In this document: positions 26,168 to 36,900 of the stretch, in pieces | How positions within the stretch are numbered: the stretch's first letter is position 1 | Layout of the letters: each line of letters begins with the position of its first letter | Assembly: GCA_013202925.1 (NCBI GenBank) | Contig: JABMRA010000087.1 | Coordinates: forward strand, 1-57,596 | Reading direction: 5' to 3' | From: Candidatus Omnitrophota bacterium | Lineage (GTDB): Bacteria; Omnitrophota; Gorgyraeia; Gorgyraeales; Gorgyraeaceae | DNA length: 57,596 bases | Translations under genes and position numbers: made by a program | Notes under the pieces: model-generated | The model's database searches: none | Told to the model about the DNA's origin: nothing | The model's input: only the letters and a program-made list of their open reading frames with translations

Positions 26168-27963
26168 GGATTTCGTGTTTTTATCATGATAGTGCTGCGG
26201 CATTGATCAAAGACGGAGAGATAATCGCAGCAGCGCAGGAAGAGCGTTTTACGCGCAAAAAGCACGATTTCAATTTTCCGGTGAATGCATTGAAATACTG
26301 CCTGGAAGAGGGAGACATAAAGGCCAGGGATTTAGCGTTCATTGCATTTTACGACAAGCCGCTTTTGAAATTCGAGAGAATACTATTTACGTACCTTTCT
26401 TATGCACCTTCGGGCTTCAGGTCTTTTTGTAAGGCCATTCCCTTGTGGCTGAAGGAAAGGTTGTGGATGTCGCACTTGATAGCTGAGAAGTCGGGTTTCA
26501 AGGGCAAGATCTTGTTTACGGAACATCATGAGTCGCATGCAGCATCCTGTTTCTATCCTTCTCCTTTTAAAGAGGCCGCGATCCTTACGATGGATGGGGT
26601 AGGGGAATGGACCACCGCAAGTATCGGGATCGGTAAAGATAATGATTTTAATCTGCTCTACGAGATAAAATTCCCGCATTCCCTGGGGCTTTTATATTCC
26701 GCGTTTACGTATTATACGGGATTCAGGGTCAACTCAGCAGAATACAAGGTCATGGGCCTGGCGCCTTACGGCGAGCCAAAATACGCTGATCTGATCTTAA
26801 ATGAGCTCATGGACTTGAAAGAGGACGGCTCTTTTAAGCTGGATATGAAATATTTCAATTATTGCGCCGGGCTTACAATGACGAATAATAGATTTAATAG
26901 GCTATTTGGCGGACCACCAAGAAAACCTGAGACAAAGATCACCCAGAAGGAAATGGACCTGGCAAGGTCTGTCCAGGCAGTAACCGAAGAGGTAATGCTC
27001 AGGACAGCAAGGCATGTTTATAAGCTTACAGGTATGAAGAATCTTTGCCTGGCCGGAGGGGTGGCGTTGAACTGCGTGGCCAATGGCAGGATCTTGCGGG
27101 ATGGGCCTTTTGACAAGATATGGATACAACCAGCCGCAGGTGACGCAGGGGGCGCAATCGGGGCAGCGCTGAGGATATGGTATAGATATTTGGGCAATAA
27201 GCGTGATGCAGACAATACCAAGGATAAACAGAAAGGTTCTTATCTGGGTCCGGTTTATACCGATGATTATATCGAAGATTATTTAAAGAAGCACAATGGC
27301 CCTTATCAGAAATTTTCGCAAGATGAATTATTAAAAAGGACAGCAGGTTTTATTGCTGCCAACAAGGTAATCGGCTGGTTTCAGGGCAGGATGGAGTTTG
27401 GGCCCAGGGCATTGGGCGCAAGGAGCATAATAGGCGATGCCCGTTCGCCGGATATGCAGTCACGCATGAACCTCAAGATAAAATTCAGGGAGTCATTCAG
27501 GCCGTTCGCGCCCACGGTTTTATCAGAGAATGCAAAGGAATATTTTGAGATCAGCTGCGACAGCCCTTACATGCTTCTGGTGGCAAATGTCAAAAATGGC
27601 CACTTAAAGGCAAGACCGGATAAAGAACCAGGGGGCTTTGGTAGGTTGAAAATAATACGTTCTGATATCCCTGCTGTTACGCATGTTGACAATTCCGCAC
27701 GGATTCAGACCGTATCAAAAGACAGCGAAAACAATATGTATTACGGACTTTTAAAGGAGCTTTACAGTAAAACAGGCTGTCCTGTAACAATAAATACGTC
27801 CTTTAATGTGAGAGGCGAGCCAATAGTATGCACGCCTGAGGATGCCTATAGGTGCTTTATGCGCACTGACATGGACTATCTTGTAATGGGGAGCTTTATC
27901 CTGGACAAAAAGGCACAGCCACTGGAGAGGCACGAGACAAGACAGTACTTTGAGCTCGACTAG
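26149..27963 (+). CDS. carbamoyltransferase (NodU/CmcH family)
   Basis: MSTYILGISCFYHDSAAALIKDGEIIAAAQEERFTRKKHD is the canonical family N-terminus. About 600 aa with an internal HHESHAASCF. Confidence 0.9.
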   Translation: MSTYILGISCFYHDSAAALIKDGEIIAAAQEERFTRKKHDFNFPVNALKYCLEEGDIKARDLAFIAFYDKPLLKFERILFTYLSYAPSGFRSFCKAIPLWLKERLWMSHLIAEKSGFKGKILFTEHHESHAASCFYPSPFKEAAILTMDGVGEWTTASIGIGKDNDFNLLYEIKFPHSLGLLYSAFTYYTGFRVNSAEYKVMGLAPYGEPKYADLILNELMDLKEDGSFKLDMKYFNYCAGLTMTNNRFNRLFGGPPRKPETKITQKEMDLARSVQAVTEEVMLRTARHVYKLTGMKNLCLAGGVALNCVANGRILRDGPFDKIWIQPAAGDAGGAIGAALRIWYRYLGNKRDADNTKDKQKGSYLGPVYTDDYIEDYLKKHNGPYQKFSQDELLKRTAGFIAANKVIGWFQGRMEFGPRALGARSIIGDARSPDMQSRMNLKIKFRESFRPFAPTVLSENAKEYFEISCDSPYMLLVANVKNGHLKARPDKEPGGFGRLKIIRSDIPAVTHVDNSARIQTVSKDSENNMYYGLLKELYSKTGCPVTINTSFNVRGEPIVCTPEDAYRCFMRTDMDYLVMGSFILDKKAQPLERHETRQYFELD

Positions 27964-27967
27964 TAAT

Positions 27968-28032
27968 CGCGGAACCACGCGGAACCTCTCGACTTCGCTC
28001 GGGGTAAACTCCCCGCGGAACTAACGCGGAAG
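27968..28032 (+). promoter_or_regulatory. four CGCGGAA(C/G) octamer repeats around a short hairpin in a 75-nt intergenic spacer
   Basis: CGCGGAAC at 27968, 27978 and 28014, and CGCGGAAG at 28025. Hairpin CGGGG-TAAACT-CCCCG at about 27999-28015. Confidence 0.4.
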
Positions 28033-28038
28033 GAAACA

Positions 28039-28422
28039 ATGAGGCAAGAACTGAGAAGATTCGGGTTTAATCTAGGATTGGGCTTAAATATACTGGGATG
28101 CATCATGTTCTACAGGGGCAGGGGGCATTTTATATGGTTTACAGGCATTGGGTCTTTGAATCTGCTCCTTGCTATTCTGTGCCCGAAGGTATTAATACCT
28201 CTGAAGAAGGCCTTGGATCTTGTTATCCTTCTGGTCGGCCGCACAATAAACACGGTAAGTTTGACGATCGTCTTTTATTTGATATTCGCGCCTATCGGAA
28301 TCCTGCTGCGACTATTTGGCAGGGACCTGCTGCACCGGAGAATAGATAAGACAGCCGGTTCTTACTGGATCAAAAGGAAAGAGACGGCTTTTACACCGGA
28401 TTCTTACGAACGTATGGGTTGA
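28039..28422 (+). CDS. small membrane protein, SxtJ-like (commonly follows carbamoyltransferase genes)
   Basis: 127 aa with 3-4 TM helices, directly downstream of the carbamoyltransferase. The family call is from memory of gene context and general sequence character only. Confidence 0.45.
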   Translation: MRQELRRFGFNLGLGLNILGCIMFYRGRGHFIWFTGIGSLNLLLAILCPKVLIPLKKALDLVILLVGRTINTVSLTIVFYLIFAPIGILLRLFGRDLLHRRIDKTAGSYWIKRKETAFTPDSYERMG

Positions 28423-28429
28423 TTTTTAT

Positions 28430-29254
28430 ATGGGAATAATAATGACCGCAATAAAAGACCTGATTAGTTACCGCCATTTAGTCTGGGACTTGGCTATAAA
28501 AGACATCAAGGTCCGCTATAGAAGCCCTGTTCTGGGTTTTTTGTGGGCAATCATTGTCCCCTTGGTCATGGTCTTTATCTATAAGTTTGTGTTTTCGAAT
28601 ATTATCCGGGCAGGCTTTGTGGAAAATTTCCCATTTTTTATATACCTGATGACCGCGATCTTTCCATGGACGTATTTTTCGTCTTCGGTCAACGCTGCCA
28701 CTGAAAGCATATGCAGCAACAGGGAATTGATAAAGAAGACGTATTTCCCGCGCCAGATCATACCGGTCTCCGTGGTATTGGCAGGCCTGATAAATTTTAT
28801 TCCTGCCTTGGTCGTTATGCTTATCATCCTTGCCTTTTTCAGGATACAGTTTACGATTTTAATCCTTTTGCTGCCGGTCATCCTTCTTGTTCAGACAATC
28901 TTTACGATCGGCCTTGCCCTTATTGTCTCCACCCTGCAGGTTATTTTGCGGGATGTGAAGTATATGGTGGAATTGATAATTATGGCATGGCTCTTTCTTA
29001 GTCCAGGTTTTTATTCATTGGCGATGGTGTTGAATATATCTGAAATATTCTTTAAGTGCTATATCCTTAATCCTTTTGTGGGATTTTTCTCCCTTTATCG
29101 CATAGCGCTTCTTAAGGGATTTAGCGATACGCTGCCGCCACAGGTCAATATCTATGGCCTGTCGTGCTGGCTGATCATAGTTTCTGTTATAGTCTTGGTG
29201 GTTGGCCTTTTGGTCTTTAAGAAATTCGAACAACGTTTTTCTGATTTAATTTAG
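28430..29254 (+). CDS. wzm: ABC-2 type polysaccharide export permease (Wzm/TagG-like)
   Basis: 274 aa with 6 TM helices. The N-terminal LISYRHLVWDLAIKDIKVRYRSPVLGFLWAIIVPL is the canonical ABC-2 permease signature. Confidence 0.8.
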   Translation: MGIIMTAIKDLISYRHLVWDLAIKDIKVRYRSPVLGFLWAIIVPLVMVFIYKFVFSNIIRAGFVENFPFFIYLMTAIFPWTYFSSSVNAATESICSNRELIKKTYFPRQIIPVSVVLAGLINFIPALVVMLIILAFFRIQFTILILLLPVILLVQTIFTIGLALIVSTLQVILRDVKYMVELIIMAWLFLSPGFYSLAMVLNISEIFFKCYILNPFVGFFSLYRIALLKGFSDTLPPQVNIYGLSCWLIIVSVIVLVVGLLVFKKFEQRFSDLI

Positions 29255-29259
29255 TATTT

Positions 29260-30987
29260 ATGAATGCGATCAGACTGGAAAATGTAGGTAAGAGGTTTAT
29301 ACTGACGCACCAGGGGGATAGTGCGACGAGAGGTTTTTTTCATTCTTTCCCTGGGCAGAAAATAGCCACTGAATTCTGGGCCTTAAGAGATATAAGCATG
29401 GAAATCGAAAAAGGCAGGGTGATCGGTGTAATAGGAAGGAATGGGGCAGGCAAGAGCACGCTGTTAAATTTACTCGCCGGGACATCGTCACCTACAAAAG
29501 GCAAGATTGAGATCAATGGCAGGGTTTCCAGTCTCCTTACTCTAGGAGCTGGTTTTCAGGATGAATTAACGGGAAAAGAGAATATATTCCTCAACAGTTC
29601 TATTCTAGGAATGAGCCGTAATGAGATAAATAAAAAATATCGCAGCATTGTGGAGTTTTCCGAACTGGATGGATTTTTAGATTCTCCGCTTCAGGTGTAT
29701 TCTCAGGGAATGCGGCTGCGTTTGGGTTTCAGCGTGGCCATTCATGTGGATTTTGATATCTTGCTGATTGACGAAATCCTGTCCGTGGGAGATGTATCAT
29801 TTCAGAAGAAGTCCTTTGACAAGATAGAGCAGCTCAGGAAACAGGGAAAAACTATGGTTGTCGTTACTCAGTCATTGGACATTGTTGAGAGGTTTTGCGA
29901 AGAGGCATATTTATTGGAGAACGGCGAAGTTGTTGAAAATGGAAATCCACAGAAGGTCGCCGGCCGCTATATAGAGCTATTAAGTGAAAAGAAGTTGCCT
30001 GAGACATTCCGGCAGAGATACGGAAATCTGAAATGGTGGGCTGATAAAAGGTTCTGGGATATGAGGGAGGGGAGCAAGGAGGTGCGGATTGTTGATGTCA
30101 GGATGTTTAATTCGCAGAAAAGAGAGACAAATCGATTTAAATCAGGAGAAAAGGTTACTGTCAAGGCCCAGTTTGTAGTAGATGAAGAGGTTAGCGAGCC
30201 CCATTTTGGTATAGCTATATTCCGCGAAGACGGACTTTATTGCTACGGGCCAAATACATTATTCGACGGCCATAAAATAGATAAACTTAACAAAGGAACA
30301 GGTTTTTTTGGCGTCGAGTACAAATCCTTGGATCTAAGGCCTGGTAAATATCGTTTTTCTATTGCCATCTGGGACAAAAACGAACTCTGGGCCTATGACT
30401 ATCATGTCGGTTTTTATAAATTTGAGATTACTGGTGAAGGCAGCGATGGGGAGTTGCTAAATTTAAAATATAGGTGGGAGCCGGAAAATTGGTGGCAAAG
30501 GTTTAAGATACCGCAGCTAGAAAAGACGGATCCCCTCCCCATTTTAAATCCTCATATGCAAGACAATATCTTATCTCCAGATATGGAGCTTGCCTCGGTT
30601 GAAATTTTAGATTCGTCAGATAATGTAAAGTCAGTTTTTAAAACCGGAGAGGATATCAAGATAAAGATGCGGTTTAAATACCTTAAAGAGCCCCATGACT
30701 CTTATCTATGGCTAGGATTATTTCGCAGCGATGATGTATATTGCCACGGGGTATCAAAAAGATTAAAAGAGGATGAGATTGTATTGGCCTATCCTCAAAT
30801 GCCCCTATTAACCGGAGACTATTATCTATCCGTAGGTGTATGGAAAAAGGATAAAAAGGAACCTTTACTGTATGGATATAAGCCGTCTTTATTTAAGATG
30901 TCTTTTTTGGGCCAGGACCACGGGACAGTATATCTAGAACATTCCTGGAATTGGGAACTTCCAAAGAATATAAAGGAGGATGCATAA
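29260..30987 (+). CDS. wzt: polysaccharide ABC transporter ATP-binding protein (Wzt/TagH-like) with two tandem C-terminal beta-sandwich (Wzt_C-like) domains
   Basis: Walker A GRNGAGKSTLL, signature YSQGMRLRLGF, Walker B ILLIDEIL. Two similar C-terminal segments follow, at aa 272-392 (VRIVDVRMFN..KSGEKVTVKAQF) and aa 441-560 (ASVEILDSSDN..KTGEDIKIKMRF). Confidence 0.85.
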   Translation: MNAIRLENVGKRFILTHQGDSATRGFFHSFPGQKIATEFWALRDISMEIEKGRVIGVIGRNGAGKSTLLNLLAGTSSPTKGKIEINGRVSSLLTLGAGFQDELTGKENIFLNSSILGMSRNEINKKYRSIVEFSELDGFLDSPLQVYSQGMRLRLGFSVAIHVDFDILLIDEILSVGDVSFQKKSFDKIEQLRKQGKTMVVVTQSLDIVERFCEEAYLLENGEVVENGNPQKVAGRYIELLSEKKLPETFRQRYGNLKWWADKRFWDMREGSKEVRIVDVRMFNSQKRETNRFKSGEKVTVKAQFVVDEEVSEPHFGIAIFREDGLYCYGPNTLFDGHKIDKLNKGTGFFGVEYKSLDLRPGKYRFSIAIWDKNELWAYDYHVGFYKFEITGEGSDGELLNLKYRWEPENWWQRFKIPQLEKTDPLPILNPHMQDNILSPDMELASVEILDSSDNVKSVFKTGEDIKIKMRFKYLKEPHDSYLWLGLFRSDDVYCHGVSKRLKEDEIVLAYPQMPLLTGDYYLSVGVWKKDKKEPLLYGYKPSLFKMSFLGQDHGTVYLEHSWNWELPKNIKEDA

Positions 30988-30988
30988 A

Positions 30989-33900
30989 ATGAAGAAGAAT
31001 TATCCTAACGTAGGCATAATCACGGTAAATTTCAATGGCAGGAAACACCTCAAGGAACTCTTTGATTCTGTCTTTCGCCTGCAATACCCAAAAGATAAAA
31101 TGGAAGTCATCCTTGTGGATAATGCCTCTACAGATGATTCAGTTAGATTTGTGAAAAAGAATTATCCTAAGGTAAGGATTATAAAAAATGACGTTAATAA
31201 TTACACTAAAGCAGTTAATTTAGGAATAGACTCAGCAGAAAAGGCTGAATATGTAGCATTGGTGAATAATGACACCAGGATGTCTAAGAATTGGCTTGTA
31301 GAGCTCATAGGCGTAATTTCTAAAGATAAGAAGATTGCCGCAGTCGGCAGTAAGATATTAAATATGAAAGGCAAGGTTCAGAACGCAGGCCATTATGAGC
31401 TCCCTAATTTTTACTGGGGAGAAAGGGGCGCTGGACAGAAGGCCAAGAGGTATACCACCGTTGAAGAAGTGCCCAGTTTATGCGGCGCTGCAGTGCTATA
31501 CAGAAAGGACCCCCTTTTTGAAACAGGCTTATTTGATGAAGACTTTGTCATATACGGTGAGGATGTGGATATGGCTTTAAGATTGCGGAAAAAGGGTTAT
31601 AAGCTGATGTTTGTTCCAAAGAGTATTATTTATCATGAATTTCATGGCACAGCCAGCGAAGACCTCGCTCATTATTATATTGAGAGGAATAGGTTGCTAT
31701 TTTTGGCAAAGCATTATCCATATAAGTTGAGTAACAGTCTTTTGGGAAGCGGATATTTTACTGCAGAAAAATCCATTGATTCCTGCAGCAAGATTTATTC
31801 CATATTTCCCGATGTAATCAAGAAGTTAATCAAGGCCCACCCGTTGGATATAGCAAGCGAGGTTGCCTCAGAGGTATTTGAAGAGATGGGCAAGATTATT
31901 AATTATGAAAATGATTTACTGGCAAAAGAGATAAACAAGATTACGGAAGACAGAAACAATACGTATCTTAACCACGCCCATGTGCTTAAAAAATTGGAAG
32001 AGGAAACAAGTAATGTTTTCAAAAAGGATAAGGAATTATCAGCGCTAAGGGATAAATACAGCAATCTTTCCGAACAACTCAAAAGTCGAACAGGCGAAGC
32101 TTCTCGTCAGCTCAAGATTATTTCAGATAAAGAAAAAGAGATCTCCACTCAGCTACGCCAGAGGATGGACGAGGTCCTTATAAAGGACGGACAACTAATT
32201 GAAAAGGATAGCCATATTACTGGTCTAGGCAATCAAATCAACCAATTAAATGCAGAGGTCCAAGAACACCTAAATTCTCTGCAAGCTAAGGAGTCTCTCT
32301 TAGCCGAAAGAGAGGCCGATCTTACCAACCTCAGGAATGAACTAAACAATATCTCCACTCAGCTACGCCAGAGAATGGACGAGGTCCTTATAAAGGATAA
32401 CCATATCACTGGTCTAGGCAATCAAATAGTCCAATTGAATTCACAGATAGCTGTCCTTAAAGAAGAGCTTGATAATCTTTCTGATCAGCTTCACAGAAGA
32501 ATGGACGAGGTCTTGTTAAAAGACAGTGAAATAAATTGTCTAAAAGACGAACTCAGTGGAATCTATAATTCAGAAGGATTTCGCTTTGTCCTACGTCCTC
32601 TCTGGACCATTCTTTGGCATTCACGTAAATTTTTGAGGGCAGCAAAAAGAAAACTAGGTCAGGCGTTCTGGCTAACAATTACAATTATATTGACACCAGT
32701 TTTCATAGTTTTAAGTTTATGCTTTTTCCTTGAGCACATAACCTGGTCTATCCTTAAACCATTGCTGAAAAGGGTATCCCCAAAAAGAAAAATAATGCCG
32801 ATCAAGGATAGTAAAATAAGCCTGGTTATGCCCAATTACAATGGAGTTGATTGCCTGAGGGAATGTCTTCCTTCTGTCTTTAGCGCTGATGGCTTCACTG
32901 ATGGCCAGAATGAAGTGTTGATAGTCGACGATGGAAGCACAGACGGAAGCGTGGATTTCATAAGAGAGCATTTTCCGCAAGTCAGGCTTATTCAGAATAA
33001 TAGGAACAGAGGGTTTGGTTTTACCTGTAATAGAGGCGTGAAGAGTGCCAGAAACGAGATCGTGGTTTTAATAAACAACGATATCATCCTGACCAAGGAT
33101 TTTCTGCAACCTTTAGTCGGCCATCTTCAAAAAGAGGATGTTTTCGCGGTGACCCCAAAACTCTACGCCTGGGACAGAAAGACGTTTAATTGGGGGATGC
33201 ATATGGGCCACTTTAAAAAGGGCTATATAAGTCTATGGAACGAGGCAGAGACGGGAAACGGAGATAGGATTAGTCAAACCTCACCTTCAATATTTGCCAT
33301 TGGTGGAGCAATGGTATTCAGAAAAAGTGACTTTCTCTGGCTGGGCGGGTTTGACAGTATCTATCGTCCGAATTGCTGGGAGGATATAGATATCTCTTAT
33401 CAGGCGTGGAAGAGGGGGCTGAAGGTCTTATATGAGCCAAAAAGCCTTATGTATCACAAGGCAAGGGCGACCCTTACTTATGAAAGGCCGAAGGAGATAA
33501 AGAATGAGCTCTTGTTTACATGGAAGAACATCACTGACTCCGAGATATTGAAGGATCATTTGAATCTATTGCCTATGAATTTCTATCGGAATAGACTTAA
33601 CTTCCTGAAGGGCTTTTTTTGGGCATTAGATTATTTGCCGCAGATGCTTCTGCACCGTCTTCTTAATAGAAGCTATTTAAAGGCCAGCGACAGGGGCATA
33701 TTCAGCAACTGTATGCGTTACTACAGGAATTTCATGCGACGCGGTTTTCGTCATTTAGAGGAGAACGAGAGGAAGAAAGTGCTGCTCATCACCCCATTTA
33801 TGCCTTATCCGCTTAAGCAGGGCGGAAAAATAAGGATCCACGCGTTGGCATCCCTGCTTAAAGATAAATTTGATATATCCCTCTTGGCCCTGATCCATCA

Positions 33901-36900
33901 TAAGGGAGAAGCGGATTACGCGCTTGAGCTGAAAGGGGTATTCAGGGATATCCACACCGTATATCCCAAGACAGATATAAAGAGTAGATTATATCCCCAG
34001 CGCTATAAATATGCGCACAGTCATGCCCTGATCGATAAGCTCAAAGAGATCCAGAAAAATCAACCGATCGACCTTATCCAGATAGAGTCAAATGAGTTAT
34101 TGTATCTCGTCAATTATGTAAAACACATCCCTATCATCTATACCGAGCACGATTCAAGCGTTTTGTTTTTCAGGGACTCTTACTATCAGATAAAGGACGG
34201 GACGGCCTTTTCTAATCTATTTGACTACCTCAAGAGGGTGCGCCTGCATCATTCGCTTTATAAGAAGTTAGACAGGGCCATATTGTTATCCCGGGAAGAC
34301 GAGGAGGTCCTGCGCCCATTTTTCCCCAAGACCAATTTCTCTTTTATTCCTACAGGAGTCGATATCGAGAAGTTTTCGTTTGTCCACCCCGACAGGCCTA
34401 AGGCAAAGAGATTGATTTATGTGGGTCATTATCCGCACTATCCAAATGAGGATGCGGTCATATATTTTATAAAAAAAATATTCCCCCGCATACAGAAGAG
34501 GATTCCGGAGATCGAATTTTTAATAGTCGGCTCAGGCCCTACGGAGAAGATTAAACAGATCTCTAATCAGCACAATATCAGGCTGATACCTGACGTGGAG
34601 GACGTGTGGTCGTATCTTCGCGAGTCAGCGATCTTTGTCAATCCGATAAGGATCAGCGCAGGCATCAAAGGCAAGGTCCTGGAGGCAATGGCCGCTGGCA
34701 TACCAGTGGTTTCTACAAGGGTCGGGTCGTCAGGTATAATGGCCAGAAACAAACAGGAGATCCTGATAGCAGATACGCCTTCTGCCTTTGCTCGCGCCGT
34801 AATAAAACTCTTAAAAGACGACACTTTGTATTCCGGACTTGCACATAATGCGAGGAATCTGGTTGAACAAAAATATGACTGGTGCAGGATATCGCAGTTA
34901 TTGAGCCAGGCCTATGACGAGACCATGGCATTTGATGCCTTGTCTCCGGTCAAGGAAGAGATGTCTTTCGATAAGATCGTGGATTTAAGCAACAGGATCG
35001 TAGAAGAGGCGGTCGAGAAAGGCAGGTTTTGTTCCGGCTTTAAATACGGGCCGGAAGAGCTGCATATAGAACTTACATATCGCTGCGACAGCAAGTGCGT
35101 CATGTGCGACCTCTGGGATCAGCACATAAGAGTCCCCAAGCAGGAAAAAGAGATGACCCTGGACGAGATCAGGAGATTTGTAGATCAATCGGAACATCTA
35201 AAAAAGATAAAGACAGTGGTCTTGTCCGGAGGCGAACCTTTTCTCCGCAAGGATTTAATAGAGATCAGCGGTTATTTTATAGAAAGATTTCCTGGTATTT
35301 CCCTGGGGATACTTACCAATGGGATCAACACAAAGGCCATAATCAAAACCACAAAAGAGATCATAAAGAGGCACAGGCCAAAGAATATCTGGCTGGGCAG
35401 TTCTCTCGATGGTATTGGCGAGGCGCACGACAGGATCAGGGGGAAGAGAGGGGCGTTTTCTGCCATTGAAAAAACCATCCAGGTCTGCAAAAAAGAAGGC
35501 ATAAACATCACCCTTACCTTTACCCTCTCAAGCAGGAATTACGACCAGTTGATTCCCGCGAAGAGGTTTGCCGAAAGCTACGGCATAGAGTTTTACATCC
35601 AGTTTGTAGTACCTAAAGAGACCAGGGAAAAAGGCGTTTTCAGCTTTACGCCTACTCAGTTAAAGAGGATCGAAGCCGATCTCCATAAGATGATGCAGGA
35701 AGAAATCAAAGATGTGGATTATCAAAGGCTTTCAAGGGAGCTTGAGAGCGATTCTTACCAGGGCCTTGTAGGAAAATTATATTACCTTTCGAACCTTGTA
35801 AGGTATCAAAAAAATCCAAAGAGATATTTCAGAAAATGTGTAGCAGGGACAAAGTTTGCGATGTTTTCGCCGTCCGGGGATCTGTATTTCTGCCCGGGGC
35901 TTAAAAATGGCAGTGTGGGCAGTATCCGAAAAGAGAAGTTCGACAGTCTTTGGACTTCAAAGAAGGCAGATAGCATAAGGGAGTTTATCTCGCATGAGCT
36001 CTGTCATTGCTGGCTGGTCTGCGTCGTCTTTCCGGTCATAGACCAGGCACGTTCATCCATAAAGGGCGCTGCTGAAAAGGATACGCTCGATATCTTAGTA
36101 AAGACAGAAGATAGAAAGGAAAAGATAGCCGCCTTTTTAGAAGAGGATATGCGCCTCGCGGAGAAAAACAGCAGTCTTAACGAAAGAGAATATCGCCTCG
36201 GGAAGATCGACCTGGAATCAACGCCGCAGGGCATCGGCATAGGCGCGCACTGGAAGTGCGATGCCAATTGCGTCTTTTGCCTGGGCGGTCATCCCAGACT
36301 TTTCGATCTAAATACCTATAATCAGTTCTTCGAGAGGAGGCTTTTTAATGTCCTGCCAAAGGCGGAATTTATAAACCTCTGCGGTTTTGGAGAGCTGCTC
36401 CTGATGCCCCGCTGTGACGAATTCCTGGATTACATGAACAAGAGCCTTCCGTTCAGCAACAAGATACTTACCACAAACGGCACAGCTTTGTCAGACAGGA
36501 TCAATCAAAGATTGACCGAGGGCAGGTATAGTGTGCAGATCTCTTTACATGCTTCAGAAAAGAGATTGCATAAGACGCTTACCCATATGGATTCCTTTGA
36601 CCGGATCATTGAACAGACACGGAACCTCCTTGAGATCCGGAAGAAACAGCAATCCCCGTCTGTAAATCTTGTCTCCGTGGTCAATAGTTTAAACATAGAG
36701 AATCTGCCTCAGCTCGTTGAATTCGCCGCTAAATTGAGAGTGGACAGCGTACTTGTTAATTATATGACGATATACAGCCCGGCGCATCTGAAGCTGTCAT
36801 GTTTCTTCAAGCAGAAGATCACCAACCGTATGTTTTCCATGGCAGAGGAAAAGGCGTCCAAGCACGGGCTTTCATTGACGCTCCCGCCGAAGTTTGGGGG

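Noticed and set aside
24839-32540. CRISPR array or other spaced-repeat system
   Set aside because: The repeats found are a contiguous 7-nt tandem repeat, octamers in a 75-nt spacer, and 210-bp in-frame coding repeats. None has the 25-40-nt repeat and spacer periodicity of CRISPR, and no cas genes are present.
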